Shown: one piece after another, positions 43,421 through 53,200 of the stretch
Position numbering within the stretch: position 1 is the stretch's first letter
Layout: each line of letters opens with the position of its first letter
IMG/VR virus record: IMGVR_UViG_3300048850_000068
Location: 1-64,000 of that record
Length of the DNA: 64,000 nt
Source: a virus
Direction: 5' to 3' (one strand)
Position numbers and translations under genes: made by a program
The notes under the pieces: model-generated
Databases searched by the model: none
The model's input: only the letters and a program-made list of their open reading frames with translations
What the model was told of the DNA's origin: nothing

Positions 43421-43936
43421 TTACCGGAGCCTTCCGATGATGGTGTTGATTGCTCCGGACTTGTCAGCGCTTCCGCGCGAGGAGCCGAAGTAGTAGTTCA
43501 GCACCAGGCCGAAGGCCGTGGACAGGGTGCCGAAGAGGATGCTGGCCGTGGAGCTCTCCGGGATCTGCTTGAACATCACGGCGCCGGTCAGGGACAGGAA
43601 GCCGAGAACCACCGTGAAGGCGAGCACCGTTGGAGCCCAGGCGAGCACGGAGCCGGCCTTCACCATCTCAAGCTGCGTGGCCCGGGCGTCCTGAATGTCC
43701 TCGAGCTGGAGCTTCAGATGCGCCGTCTCCTGATCGAGGCGGGCCTTGAACTGCTCGAGGAGCGCCGGATTGTTGGCGATCTGTTGCAGAGCGCCCTCGG
43801 CATCTGCGCCTGGATCACCGATAACCTGAGTGGCGACCTTGCCGGCAATCTTGACCACTTCCGCAGCCTTGCCGCCGCCCAGGAGGTCAGCGAGTTCGGG
43901 AACAAGCTGTAGCAGCGCAGGGATTAAACTGAACAT
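43421..43936 (-). CDS. Holin-like membrane protein
   Basis: DIQDAR, two C-terminal TM segments, YYFGSS motif; next to the endolysin. Confidence 0.65.
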   Translation of the reverse strand: MFSLIPALLQLVPELADLLGGGKAAEVVKIAGKVATQVIGDPGADAEGALQQIANNPALLEQFKARLDQETAHLKLQLEDIQDARATQLEMVKAGSVLAWAPTVLAFTVVLGFLSLTGAVMFKQIPESSTASILFGTLSTAFGLVLNYYFGSSRGSADKSGAINTIIGRLR

Positions 43937-44634
43937 GACTTCGCACTCGCGTTCGCAAAAGGGAGCGTTTCGCTCCCAGTGACTTCGGGAAGGGGCTTAA
44001 ATGCTGCTTGCGCTGCAACGAGCGCAGCGAGATATGCGTCGGCATACTCAGCGATGGCTTCGGCCTTGTCGGTGCCGTTGATGATGCGGCGGGCCTGGAC
44101 GAAGTCCTTGTGCTCGTCGCCGTCCACGCGGTCGTCGATATAGTCGTCGAGATCCTTGCCAGTGAACCAACCTTCCTCCATCCCGACGAACATGATGATC
44201 GCGGCGTAGAGCGGAATCATCACGTCATCCGGACGGTTGACGAAGTCCACATCGAAGCCCATCTCGCGCAGCTTCTTGGTCGCCTTGGCGTAGTTGTTCT
44301 TACCCGTGAGCTGGACATAGCCGCGGCCGCAATACTTGGCCCCGTCGCCCGGGGTCAGGTTGCCGAGCTCGCGGGCCTTGGCCGGGCGCGATCCCTTGAT
44401 GTCATACATCTTGGTGAAATACGCCGTGCCGCCCCATTCCTTGATCGGCTGCATGGTGCCGCCGGTCTCGAGATGCGGCGTGGCGAACACATAGGCGAGC
44501 TGCGGAACAGAGGTCTTGGCCCCGTAACGCGCATGGGCGTCGAGGATCGCATTGATGCCTTCGACCTGGCCGTTAGTGAAGCGCCCGAACGGCTTCTTGC
44601 GCAGGTGAGCAAACAGGGTGTCACGATCAAACAT
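43924..44634 (-). CDS. Endolysin, GH19 chitinase/lysozyme-like
   Basis: AYVFAT..LET, YCGRGYVQLTGKNNY, ARRIING. Confidence 0.85.
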   Translation of the reverse strand: MFDRDTLFAHLRKKPFGRFTNGQVEGINAILDAHARYGAKTSVPQLAYVFATPHLETGGTMQPIKEWGGTAYFTKMYDIKGSRPAKARELGNLTPGDGAKYCGRGYVQLTGKNNYAKATKKLREMGFDVDFVNRPDDVMIPLYAAIIMFVGMEEGWFTGKDLDDYIDDRVDGDEHKDFVQARRIINGTDKAEAIAEYADAYLAALVAAQAAFKPLPEVTGSETLPFANASAKSCSV

Positions 44635-44636
44635 GA

Positions 44637-44654
44637 TAAGTCAGTCCTTACTTA
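44637..44654. promoter_or_regulatory. 18-bp palindromic site immediately upstream of the endolysin
   Basis: TAAGTCAGTCCTTACTTA. Confidence 0.6.
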
Positions 44655-44657
44655 CTA

Positions 44658-44930
44658 TTACTGCCACAGCTTTGCAAGCTTGTCCCACGCACCGAGCGCC
44701 CACATCAGCATGGCGCCCAAGCCCACGAGGACGATGTAGCCGCCCTTGGCCGTGGTGAAGAAGCTCTTCACGTCGGCCTGCTCCTTCTGAACAGCCTCGA
44801 TCTTGGCGTCGGTCTTGGCGAACCGATCATCCACCTTGGTCTCAAGCTTTTCGAAGCTCTTGCGCAGATTATCGAGGCGCTCGAGGATAACGGCCTGAAC
44901 GGGGTCTTCTACATTGGGAACCTGGGACAT
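44658..44930 (-). CDS. Coiled-coil + C-terminal TM protein (holin/antiholin-like)
   Basis: Heptad-rich N-terminus and one TM segment, upstream of the endolysin. Confidence 0.5.
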   Translation of the reverse strand: MSQVPNVEDPVQAVILERLDNLRKSFEKLETKVDDRFAKTDAKIEAVQKEQADVKSFFTTAKGGYIVLVGLGAMLMWALGAWDKLAKLWQ

Positions 44931-45034
44931 CGGATACTCCATCGGGGTAAGAAGGGGCATCCTGAGTTCACGAGGTCGCTTACGATTGTCAGGATTGAGC
45001 TATTATAACCGTGCGATTCCACTGCGGCCACAAA

Positions 45035-45052
45035 TAAGTCAATCCTGACTTA
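45035..45052. promoter_or_regulatory. 18-bp palindromic operator-like site
   Basis: TAAGTCAATCCTGACTTA. Confidence 0.7.
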
Positions 45053-45053
45053 C

Positions 45054-45707
45054 TTACTGCGACAGAGTGCCCGCGTAAATAAAGAGATCGTCCACCTGCT
45101 CCTCGGTCAGATCGAGCTCAAGCCCGATCGACAGCACATAGGGGTTCTGACGCTCCCAGATCCGGGCTTCCCTGAACCACAGGGAGACGCGACGGTTCTT
45201 GAACGCCTCGACAATCTCTTCCGTCCTGGTGAGCAGGTCCGGCGTGGCGCCCAGAACCAGCTTGCCGGTGCCGGGAATAGGATCGCCGCTCACATCCTTA
45301 TCGTAGACGATTCCGTAATCGAGCAGCGCCACCTTGGCCTGGGCCGCGGTCACGTCGGAAACACGATCAGCCGAGATCAACGTGCCGGTATCCCAGTCAA
45401 CCAGCCATTGCTTGAAGCGGAGCTCGTCGAGCTGATCGTCGGGCCGACGCGGGATGCTCACGACCAGGCAATCCATCGGACTGATCCGGTCGATTGCGTT
45501 TTCGGCGCTGAGAACCCGGCCTGTCTCCTCCTGCACCAGGAGCCAGGTGCGGTTCGCCGGCGCCAGATCGCGAAAGTCATACCAGTCCATCGACGGGTCA
45601 TCGACGCTGCGGCGGAAGATAATACCGTGCTCGGTTTCGAGCTCCTTCTTCGGGTGATCGCTGGGCAGCGTGTAGACTTCCCAGCGACCGAAATTCTCAA
45701 CGCTCAT
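45054..45707 (-). CDS. Tail fibre assembly/chaperone-like protein
   Basis: DWY motif, VTAAQAKVAL, LTEEQVDDLF..A; downstream of the fibre gene. Confidence 0.6.
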   Translation of the reverse strand: MSVENFGRWEVYTLPSDHPKKELETEHGIIFRRSVDDPSMDWYDFRDLAPANRTWLLVQEETGRVLSAENAIDRISPMDCLVVSIPRRPDDQLDELRFKQWLVDWDTGTLISADRVSDVTAAQAKVALLDYGIVYDKDVSGDPIPGTGKLVLGATPDLLTRTEEIVEAFKNRRVSLWFREARIWERQNPYVLSIGLELDLTEEQVDDLFIYAGTLSQ

Positions 45708-45716
45708 AATCTCTCC

Positions 45717-48700
45717 TTATGCCGTAACGTCATACCAAACGCCGGCCACTTCCTTCTGCATATACTTGTGCCAGAGGCCGATATCGGTGCCGTTGCTGCC
45801 GTCGCGGATGCCGTAGACGAGCCAGTTACCGGCTTCCCACTGCTGGCCGGGCGTCAGGATGGTGTAGGCATGTCCGACATAGCGCAGATTACCGATGCGA
45901 TTGGCTGCGTGAGCCGCTCCCCAGGCAGAGCCGCGATTCTCAATGTGACCATAGAGATCACCAAACTGCGTGGTGTTGATGTCGCCACTACCGCCGATCG
46001 ACAGCATGACGCCGCCGCCCTGGTCCTGCAGGTAAATGCGGCCGTCGCCGCCGGCCTTCCAGCGCGCACGACGCACGCCGGGATAGTGCATCCAGAAGCC
46101 GTGATCGGCGCCGCCGGCCTCGAAGCCGCCCGCTGTCGTGCTGTAGAAAGCCGGAGAGGTCACGCTCCGCCCGGTCGACATATCTCCATTCTGGTTTACG
46201 CTCATCGCCCAGGCGGTGCCGGCCGCGTTGAGGAAACCCCAGTAGCTCGACCGGAAGACCGTGCGGTCTGAGCCGTTGTCGTAGATCGTGGAGCCGCGCC
46301 CGAGGTCGATGCTCTGACCCGCGGCCATCCTGAAGCCGCTGGGAGCCTCAAGCTTGAAGTCGGCGCCGATATGCAGAAGGTTGCGGATCGCAGAAGAGCC
46401 GTCATCCTTGATCTGCTGAAGGTAGAAGGCGCCCTGGTCGTAGATAAACCGGAGGTTCTTCTGATCGACAGCCGCGTTGGTGTCGTAGAGATCCACGATC
46501 GGGTAGGGGCCACGAACAAAGAGCTGCCCGCTATGGACGCCGCCCGTCGTGGCAAGAACGCCGTTCTCCAGCGTCAGGAGCGAGGTCGCGCCGTCCTCGC
46601 TGAGGATGTGCAGGCTGTTGTTGTTGGTCTTGATGATCGTGCGGCCGGCATTGTTGAGACCGCTCGAGTTCTGATCCGAGATCGAACCGCCATGCGAGAA
46701 CATGACGCCCGCGAGCTCGCTTGTGACCCTGAGACCCTTCGGCACCACCATCTCGCCGGTCTTGAGATCGAGATCGAGATGATCCGTCCACTCGAGGCTC
46801 GCGCCAGGCGCCCCGCGCCGGATCTTAAAGCGTTCGTTCGTGCCGTCGTCGTAGAACCCGGCGAAGAACGAGGGCTTGGTCGTATCGTCGCGCCCCGAGG
46901 CGTCGAGGTAAACGTTGGTGAGGATGCCGGTCTGCTTCACGCCCCAGATAGTCGCGTGCAGGAAGCGCCCGTAAGGAACGGTGAAGTTACCGTCGACCTC
47001 GACGCCGTTGCCGCCGATGGTGAAATCCTTGTATTCGCTGTTGGAATTCACCATGAACCAGCCGCCCTCGGCGGTGAACCCGCCGATCGGGTTGACGCCG
47101 GGCTGCGCCACCCAGAACGTGACGGCGCGATAGCCCTCATAGATCATGTTGTTGGCGACGTTGTATTGCCAGAGCCAGGCCGGCTTGGTCGCGTCGAGCC
47201 GGTTCCAGCTCGTGCCGTTCCACGCGGCGTTGACCGCCTCGTAATAGTCGCCGTTGATGGTTCCCTTCCAGGAGATGCCGCCCGTGGTCATCGACGGGGC
47301 GGACACAGGACGCGAGAAGGTCGCATCGGTCAGGTCATCGGCCGTCAGCACCACGTCACCGGCACGGCCGGCAACCGAAAGCACCGTCGAGGCGGCAGCC
47401 GTGCTGGTGATCGTGCCCGTGGCCGGGTCGTAGGTGATGCCCGGGCCGGGCTTCATCGCCGCGCGGGCCGCATTGGTTGCGCGAGCGTCGGTATAATAAA
47501 GGTTCGTGCCCTCGGCGATATCAGACGTCGTGAGCGTCACATCAGCCGTGCCGTCGAAGCTCTTGCCGTTAATGGTGCGCGCCGTAGCGAGCTTGGTCGC
47601 CGATGCGGCATTGCCCTGCAGGGCAGCGGTGATCGTGCCGGCCGAGAAGTTGCCGGAGCCGTCGCGCGCCACGATGGCGCCATTGGTGTTTGCAGCCGTC
47701 GCATTGGACGTGAACACGCCGGTTACCGGATCGTAAACCAGGCCCGTTCCAGCAGCCGAGACGGAAGCGCGGGCGCGAGCGGTCGTGAAATAAACCGCCT
47801 GGCCTTCCGGCACATTGTCGGTGGTGATCGCAATCGAGCCGACAGGCACCGTGCCGGTCAACTTCGAGGCATCAAGCGCGGTCACATTGAGCGTGATCGC
47901 CGAGGAGCCGTTGAAAGACACGCCGGACGCGGTCGCGCCGCCTGAGATCGAGATATTGCGGCTGGTCTTCAGGGTCGTGGCCGTCGAGGCGTTGCCAGAG
48001 AGCTCGCCGTAGAAGGTCGCCGCCTCGATGTCACCCAGCGTGCCGGCCGAGGCGAGGTCGTTGCCCGAGGTGTAGGCGGTCCAGCGGTCGGTGCTCTCGT
48101 TGAACACGAGGAAAGCGTCGGTGCCGCCGCGCTCGACCTTGAGACCGGCATAGGGCAGCGTCGCGCCGGAGTTGTTCTTCGCAACCTGAATGATCGCGTC
48201 CTCGACCGACACCGTGCCGACGTCGAGGGTGATCGTGTCGCCCTGCACTGTAAGATCGCCGGTGACGGTCAGGCTGCCCGTAATGATGCCGCCGTTAGCG
48301 TCGAGCGGGGTGAAACCGAGCGCCGTGGTGACATTGGCCTTCGACAGAGCAGCAATCGCCGTGACGCGGCCCTTGTTGTCGATCGTGAGGTTCGAATAGG
48401 AGCCGGCCGTCAGACCAGGCAGGGTCTTGAGCTGGGTATCGATGGTGATCGCCACCGAGCCATCGAAGTCGCCGTTCGTGGTAACGGCCGTAGTCGAGAG
48501 CACGTCGCCACCGACCGAGATCTTGCGGGATGCGGCGAGCTTCGAGGCAGTTGCGGCATTGCCCGACACGGACACGTCATAGGTGCCGGTGAGCCGGGCC
48601 TTGTCGATCGTGCCGGTGAGCTTGGTCGCATCGAGCGCCGTGACGTCGAGGGCAATATCGGTGGAGCCGTCGAGGGCGATAGCTGCAGCCGTGGCGCCGC

Positions 48701-49598
48701 CCGAGATCGACACATTGCGGGCCGTGGCCCACTTGGTCGCGGTCGCGGCATTGCCGGTGACGGAAATATCGTAGGAACCGGTCAGGCGTGCCTTGGCGAC
48801 GGTGCCGGCCGACAGTGTCGAGGCGTCGAGCGCCGTGACGTCGAGGGTGATGTTGCTCGAGCCATCAAAGTTGACGCCTGCGGCCGTGGCGCCACCCGAG
48901 AGCGCGATGCTGCGCGCGGTGGCAAACTTCGTGGCGCTATCGGCATTACCTTGAAGAGCGCCAATGAACTTCGGCGCCGTAACATTGCCCGTAAAGGCGC
49001 CCGTGCCGCCCACGACGGCATTGCCGGTGAGCTCAAGGGAGCCGCCCGAGATCTTACCCGAGGCGTTGATCGTGGTGAGACCGGTGAGGCCCTGCCCGCC
49101 GAACGTCCACAGCTCCGCGAGCTCATCCCAGAGGATCGACACGGTCGGAAGGTCGCCACGCTCGATGATCAGGCCTGCATCGGCGCCTGGCTCGCCCGTC
49201 ATGCCGCGCTGCAGGGTGAAGGTCGGAGATGCAATGCCGGTGAGTGCCCCGCCCTGCGCCCCGAGGGTCTTCATGGCCGCATCCATGGTGGAGAAGGATT
49301 GCTGCAGGAGCCCGGCCGTGTTGGTGTCGCCGTAGGAGAGGGTCGGCATGCGCAGAGCGGACGTGAAGTCGCGATGGATTGCGTAACCCGCCTCAACCTT
49401 GCTCGCGCCGGTATAGTCCGAGTTGAGCGTGGCCGTGGATGCTGCCGTGTCGACCGAGACGATCTGATACCAGACATTCTCGCCCGCGAACGAAAACAGG
49501 TTGCCAGGCTCCACATTCCCGACGAGCGTCGCGCCGACGAATGAAACAACCCGCGCGCCGTTTGCGAGCGACGCCTTGCCAAACCTGTATTGTGCCAT
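45717..49598 (-). CDS. Tail fibre protein
   Basis: Repeated GNA.TATK.ATAR.I motifs; Gly/Thr/Ala-rich; C-terminal receptor-binding-like region. Confidence 0.85.
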   Translation of the reverse strand: MAQYRFGKASLANGARVVSFVGATLVGNVEPGNLFSFAGENVWYQIVSVDTAASTATLNSDYTGASKVEAGYAIHRDFTSALRMPTLSYGDTNTAGLLQQSFSTMDAAMKTLGAQGGALTGIASPTFTLQRGMTGEPGADAGLIIERGDLPTVSILWDELAELWTFGGQGLTGLTTINASGKISGGSLELTGNAVVGGTGAFTGNVTAPKFIGALQGNADSATKFATARSIALSGGATAAGVNFDGSSNITLDVTALDASTLSAGTVAKARLTGSYDISVTGNAATATKWATARNVSISGGATAAAIALDGSTDIALDVTALDATKLTGTIDKARLTGTYDVSVSGNAATASKLAASRKISVGGDVLSTTAVTTNGDFDGSVAITIDTQLKTLPGLTAGSYSNLTIDNKGRVTAIAALSKANVTTALGFTPLDANGGIITGSLTVTGDLTVQGDTITLDVGTVSVEDAIIQVAKNNSGATLPYAGLKVERGGTDAFLVFNESTDRWTAYTSGNDLASAGTLGDIEAATFYGELSGNASTATTLKTSRNISISGGATASGVSFNGSSAITLNVTALDASKLTGTVPVGSIAITTDNVPEGQAVYFTTARARASVSAAGTGLVYDPVTGVFTSNATAANTNGAIVARDGSGNFSAGTITAALQGNAASATKLATARTINGKSFDGTADVTLTTSDIAEGTNLYYTDARATNAARAAMKPGPGITYDPATGTITSTAAASTVLSVAGRAGDVVLTADDLTDATFSRPVSAPSMTTGGISWKGTINGDYYEAVNAAWNGTSWNRLDATKPAWLWQYNVANNMIYEGYRAVTFWVAQPGVNPIGGFTAEGGWFMVNSNSEYKDFTIGGNGVEVDGNFTVPYGRFLHATIWGVKQTGILTNVYLDASGRDDTTKPSFFAGFYDDGTNERFKIRRGAPGASLEWTDHLDLDLKTGEMVVPKGLRVTSELAGVMFSHGGSISDQNSSGLNNAGRTIIKTNNNSLHILSEDGATSLLTLENGVLATTGGVHSGQLFVRGPYPIVDLYDTNAAVDQKNLRFIYDQGAFYLQQIKDDGSSAIRNLLHIGADFKLEAPSGFRMAAGQSIDLGRGSTIYDNGSDRTVFRSSYWGFLNAAGTAWAMSVNQNGDMSTGRSVTSPAFYSTTAGGFEAGGADHGFWMHYPGVRRARWKAGGDGRIYLQDQGGGVMLSIGGSGDINTTQFGDLYGHIENRGSAWGAAHAANRIGNLRYVGHAYTILTPGQQWEAGNWLVYGIRDGSNGTDIGLWHKYMQKEVAGVWYDVTA

Positions 49599-49626
49599 TG
49601 GGATCCTTCTCCTGATCCTCTAATAA

Positions 49627-49644
49627 TAAGTCAGTAATGACTTA
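49627..49644. promoter_or_regulatory. 18-bp palindromic operator-like site
   Basis: TAAGTCAGTAATGACTTA. Confidence 0.7.
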
Positions 49645-49655
49645 TCTTCAATCGC

Positions 49656-49994
49656 CTATGAAGGCAAGTTATCATCGATGATCCAGAGCGACCGATTGAT
49701 CAGCTCGGCGGTGTCGATATCACCCCGGTTGGGATAGGGCATCTGAAACTCGGCGGTGAAGTCGGACGCAATCGAGTAGTTTTGCCCCGTGTAGGTGTAG
49801 AGCGGCAGATCCGGGATCGGCCGGGCCAGGCGCAGGTGCGTGTCGTCGATGACCTCGGACACCTGAACCGGGATCATGAACCACTCGAGGGTGAACATGT
49901 CACCCACCTTGACGGCGCCGGCCCAGGAGGTGTCCTTCCCGGTCACCACGTCCTGCCCGCCGGTGATGGTGACGGTGCCTTCCGTATACTTCAT
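49656..49994 (-). CDS. Stand-alone tail-fibre N-terminal (attachment) domain protein
   Basis: Y..GTVTITGG..VTG..TSW...V..GD motif; parallels the fibre N-terminus. Confidence 0.6.
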   Translation of the reverse strand: MKYTEGTVTITGGQDVVTGKDTSWAGAVKVGDMFTLEWFMIPVQVSEVIDDTHLRLARPIPDLPLYTYTGQNYSIASDFTAEFQMPYPNRGDIDTAELINRSLWIIDDNLPS

Positions 49995-50269
49995 AGCGGC
50001 AGCTCCATCTGCGGATCCTCGGTCTCTTCAGGCTTCGTCGTGTTCGCGCCCTCCACAATGGTCTTCGTGGCGAGATCAACCCGGTGGGTTTCGGGCTGAC
50101 CCTGACCCTCGAGGATCGGGTCATCAGCCTCGAGATGGTTGTCAAGGATAATCCGCTGCAAAGTGCCGGCCATCACGATCTCGCCCGTGGCGGGGTCGTA
50201 ACGGACGAAGCTCACCGACGCCAGCGGATCGGGAGCGCCTTCATAGGCGTAATCAGCCAAAGTCTTCAT
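49991..50269 (-). CDS. Small tail-associated protein
   Basis: FVRYDPATGEI; coupled to J. Confidence 0.5.
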   Translation of the reverse strand: MKTLADYAYEGAPDPLASVSFVRYDPATGEIVMAGTLQRIILDNHLEADDPILEGQGQPETHRVDLATKTIVEGANTTKPEETEDPQMELPL

Positions 50270-53200
50270 CGTGCAAACTCCAGAACAGTCATGACGGCGC
50301 CCATAGCGCGGTCGCTGTTGGGGCAATGGAGACGGAAAGTCTTCGTCTCCTCGTTCGGGTTATTGATGATCCACTGATGCGTGATCGGGTAAATGAACGT
50401 CGTAGAGATATTCTCGCCATAAACGTTCGTGTAGGTGACCGTAGCAGAGCTGGCGACCATCGAGCCGCTCTGCAATACGTTATCGACATAGAGGTTGAAG
50501 GTGGTGACGCCGGGATTGGTGCCATTAACCTGCCCGCCCGCATGCGAGGCGATCACCACGCACTTACCGCCCTGACGGCAATAGACGTTCACGGCGATAC
50601 CACTGCCGGCCCGGGAATCAGCCCGACCCGACACCGCGGCCATGGTCGAGATCGCGCTATTCTTCAGCCGCAGGGTGCCGATGGTGGCAACCCCGATATT
50701 AGCCTCGTCGATGACGGCGTGACCAATCTGAGCGCTGCGGGTGATCAGAACCCCGGTCGTGACCTTATCGGCGGTGATCGACTCGGCCTGAATGCGGTTG
50801 CCGTGCAGCGAGTTCACGTGGATCTTGTCGCCGTGCAGGTCCGCGATATAGGCGTTGCCGATCGCCGCGCCCGCAATGTAGGTGCCGATGTTGTGCGCGC
50901 CGATGTAATCGACGGCCGACATGGCGCCAAAGCCCGTGGTGCGCGACTTGTCGATGGAGCCGGAGAGCTTCGACGTATCGAGCGAGGCGATGGCGTGGTT
51001 CGGGATCACTGAGGCGCCGAACCCGCCCGTGCCGAAGATATAGGTGCCGTTGGCGTCGAACATCTGCAGGCCGTAATCGGTCGTGCCCTCGCCGAGCTTG
51101 CCGAGGCGCACCCGCAGACGTCCGGCCGAGAGCTCGCCCGGGAGCACGCCGATGGGCTGGGCGTCGTAGATATTGAGGTTCTGACCCGGAGCCCACAGCA
51201 CGAACCGGTCACCGCCGACGCGGATCTTATCGGCAGCCGAGAGCGTGCCGCCCGCGAGCTTGTCGAAGGTGATGTATCCGGCCAGGTGGGTGTTCTCGAT
51301 GATACCGCCCTTGATCTGCGCCTTGTCGGTGATGAACTCGCCGGCCGCGACCAGGTCCGCGGTGAGCGAGCCCGTGCGGATCTGGTTGCCGTCGATCATC
51401 GTGCGGCCGTAGGTCATGTTGAGATCGACACCGCCGCGATAGGTGCCGAGGATGATCTGATCGGCGCCGGCGGGAGGCGTCGTGGGTGTCGAGAGCGCGG
51501 TGGTGCCGCGGGTCCAGACGAAATAGATCACGGTGCCGGCAGCCCAGGTCTTCGACGAGGCGGAGATCGCGTCCACCTTCATCTTGCCGTCGTCGCCGAT
51601 ATATTCGATCGTGCCCGAGCTCCAGGAGACCTGGTTCGTCTCCTTGTTGTAGGAGAACTGCAGGCCCGAAACCGTGATGCCGCGCAGACCCACCTCGAGC
51701 TGGTTCGCCGAGATCGAGTTCGCGGCAATCGACCCGCCGCGGATCTTGGTCAGGTCGGTGCCGTCGCGCCAGGATGCCAGCGAGACGTCGCCGGCGATGA
51801 GGATCTGGCCCGGGTCGATCTTCGTGGTCTGGGAGTTGATCAGCTTTCCCGGCTCGGTCGTGGCGCCGATGGAGACGCCCGTCTTGCCGATGGTGATCGT
51901 GGGCGGCAGGCTGGTGTTGATGTTGAGGTGCTCGCCCTCGATCGCACCCGCCTGGATCTTGTCGGCTGTGATGGCATTGGCCGCGATATCGCCCTCGGCG
52001 ACCTGACCCGGGGTGACCGACGCCACAGCGCTGAAATTCGACTGTAGAGCGCTCGTGTTGACAGAGCGCACCCAGTAATAGCGCGTAACGTTGGTCGCGA
52101 TCCCTGCATGCGTAAAAGCGATCCCTGCGCTTGTTCCGACGAGCAGTGCATCTGCGATGTTATTCGTCGTCGAAGACCAGATCTCGACCACGGACAAATC
52201 GGGGTCGGACGGGTTCGCCCACTTGAGATAGGCGCTCTTCAGCGACGCGGTCGCGGTCAGGTTGGTGGGCGCGCCCGGCTTCACCGTGTTGAGCGGCGTC
52301 TTGTGCGAGACCTCAGTCGAGTAGCCCGACGCGACGCCGTTGCGCGAGCGCGCCTTGACGCGCACCGTATAGGTCTCGTTGAGCGCCAGGCCCGACCAGA
52401 CATAGGTGGCGTTCTCAGCCTTGGGATCGCCCGAGGTGACAAAGCCGATCCAGTCACCGGCGCCGCGCTTGATCTCGACCTCGAAGGTGGAGAAGTTCTC
52501 GGACGGGCTCTTCGCCCAGGTTGCGGTCAGCGTCGCCGAGATCACGCCGTCGGACGCGCGCTCGACCTTCGAGGCGAGCGCCAGGCCCGTCGGGATCGCC
52601 GGCGGGGTGTTGTCCACGACAATGCCCGACATGGTCATCTCGACTTCCGGCGAGATATTCAGGCCGACCTTGCCGAAGCTGTCATAGGCCGCAAAGCGGA
52701 TGTAGTAGGTGGCGAACTCCTCGAGCGGGATCGACACGAAGTTGTTCGGGCCGTCATAGACCGGCGATGTCGCATAGGGGTCGAAGTTCGGCGCGCGCGA
52801 AGCCCAGACCAAGCCGCCCGCGAAATCGAGATCGTCCGGGAACGGGTAATCGACATAGAGGGCGCCGGAGTTGTTGGTCCACAGCTTCGGGATGATCAGG
52901 TCCGGCACCGGGTTCTCGACCGTGAGCACGGCCGGCGAGCTTTCGCGCCCGAGCGTGTCACGCACCGTCACCTCGAAGCGGAACTTACGCTGCGCACTCT
53001 TCCCGATCGTGCGGAAGTCCTGCACGTTCTTGTCGAAGGAATAGGTGTAATCGTTGGTCAGGATCGCCTCGGTGCGCACCAGGCGCCCGGTCTCGACGTC
53101 GAACACGCGGATGACGTTGTCGCGGTAGAACGGGTTGACGTTGCCCGCGCCGGCCGTGCCGGTGCCGGTCTCATAGGACGAGCCCGGGAAGTTGTTGCGC

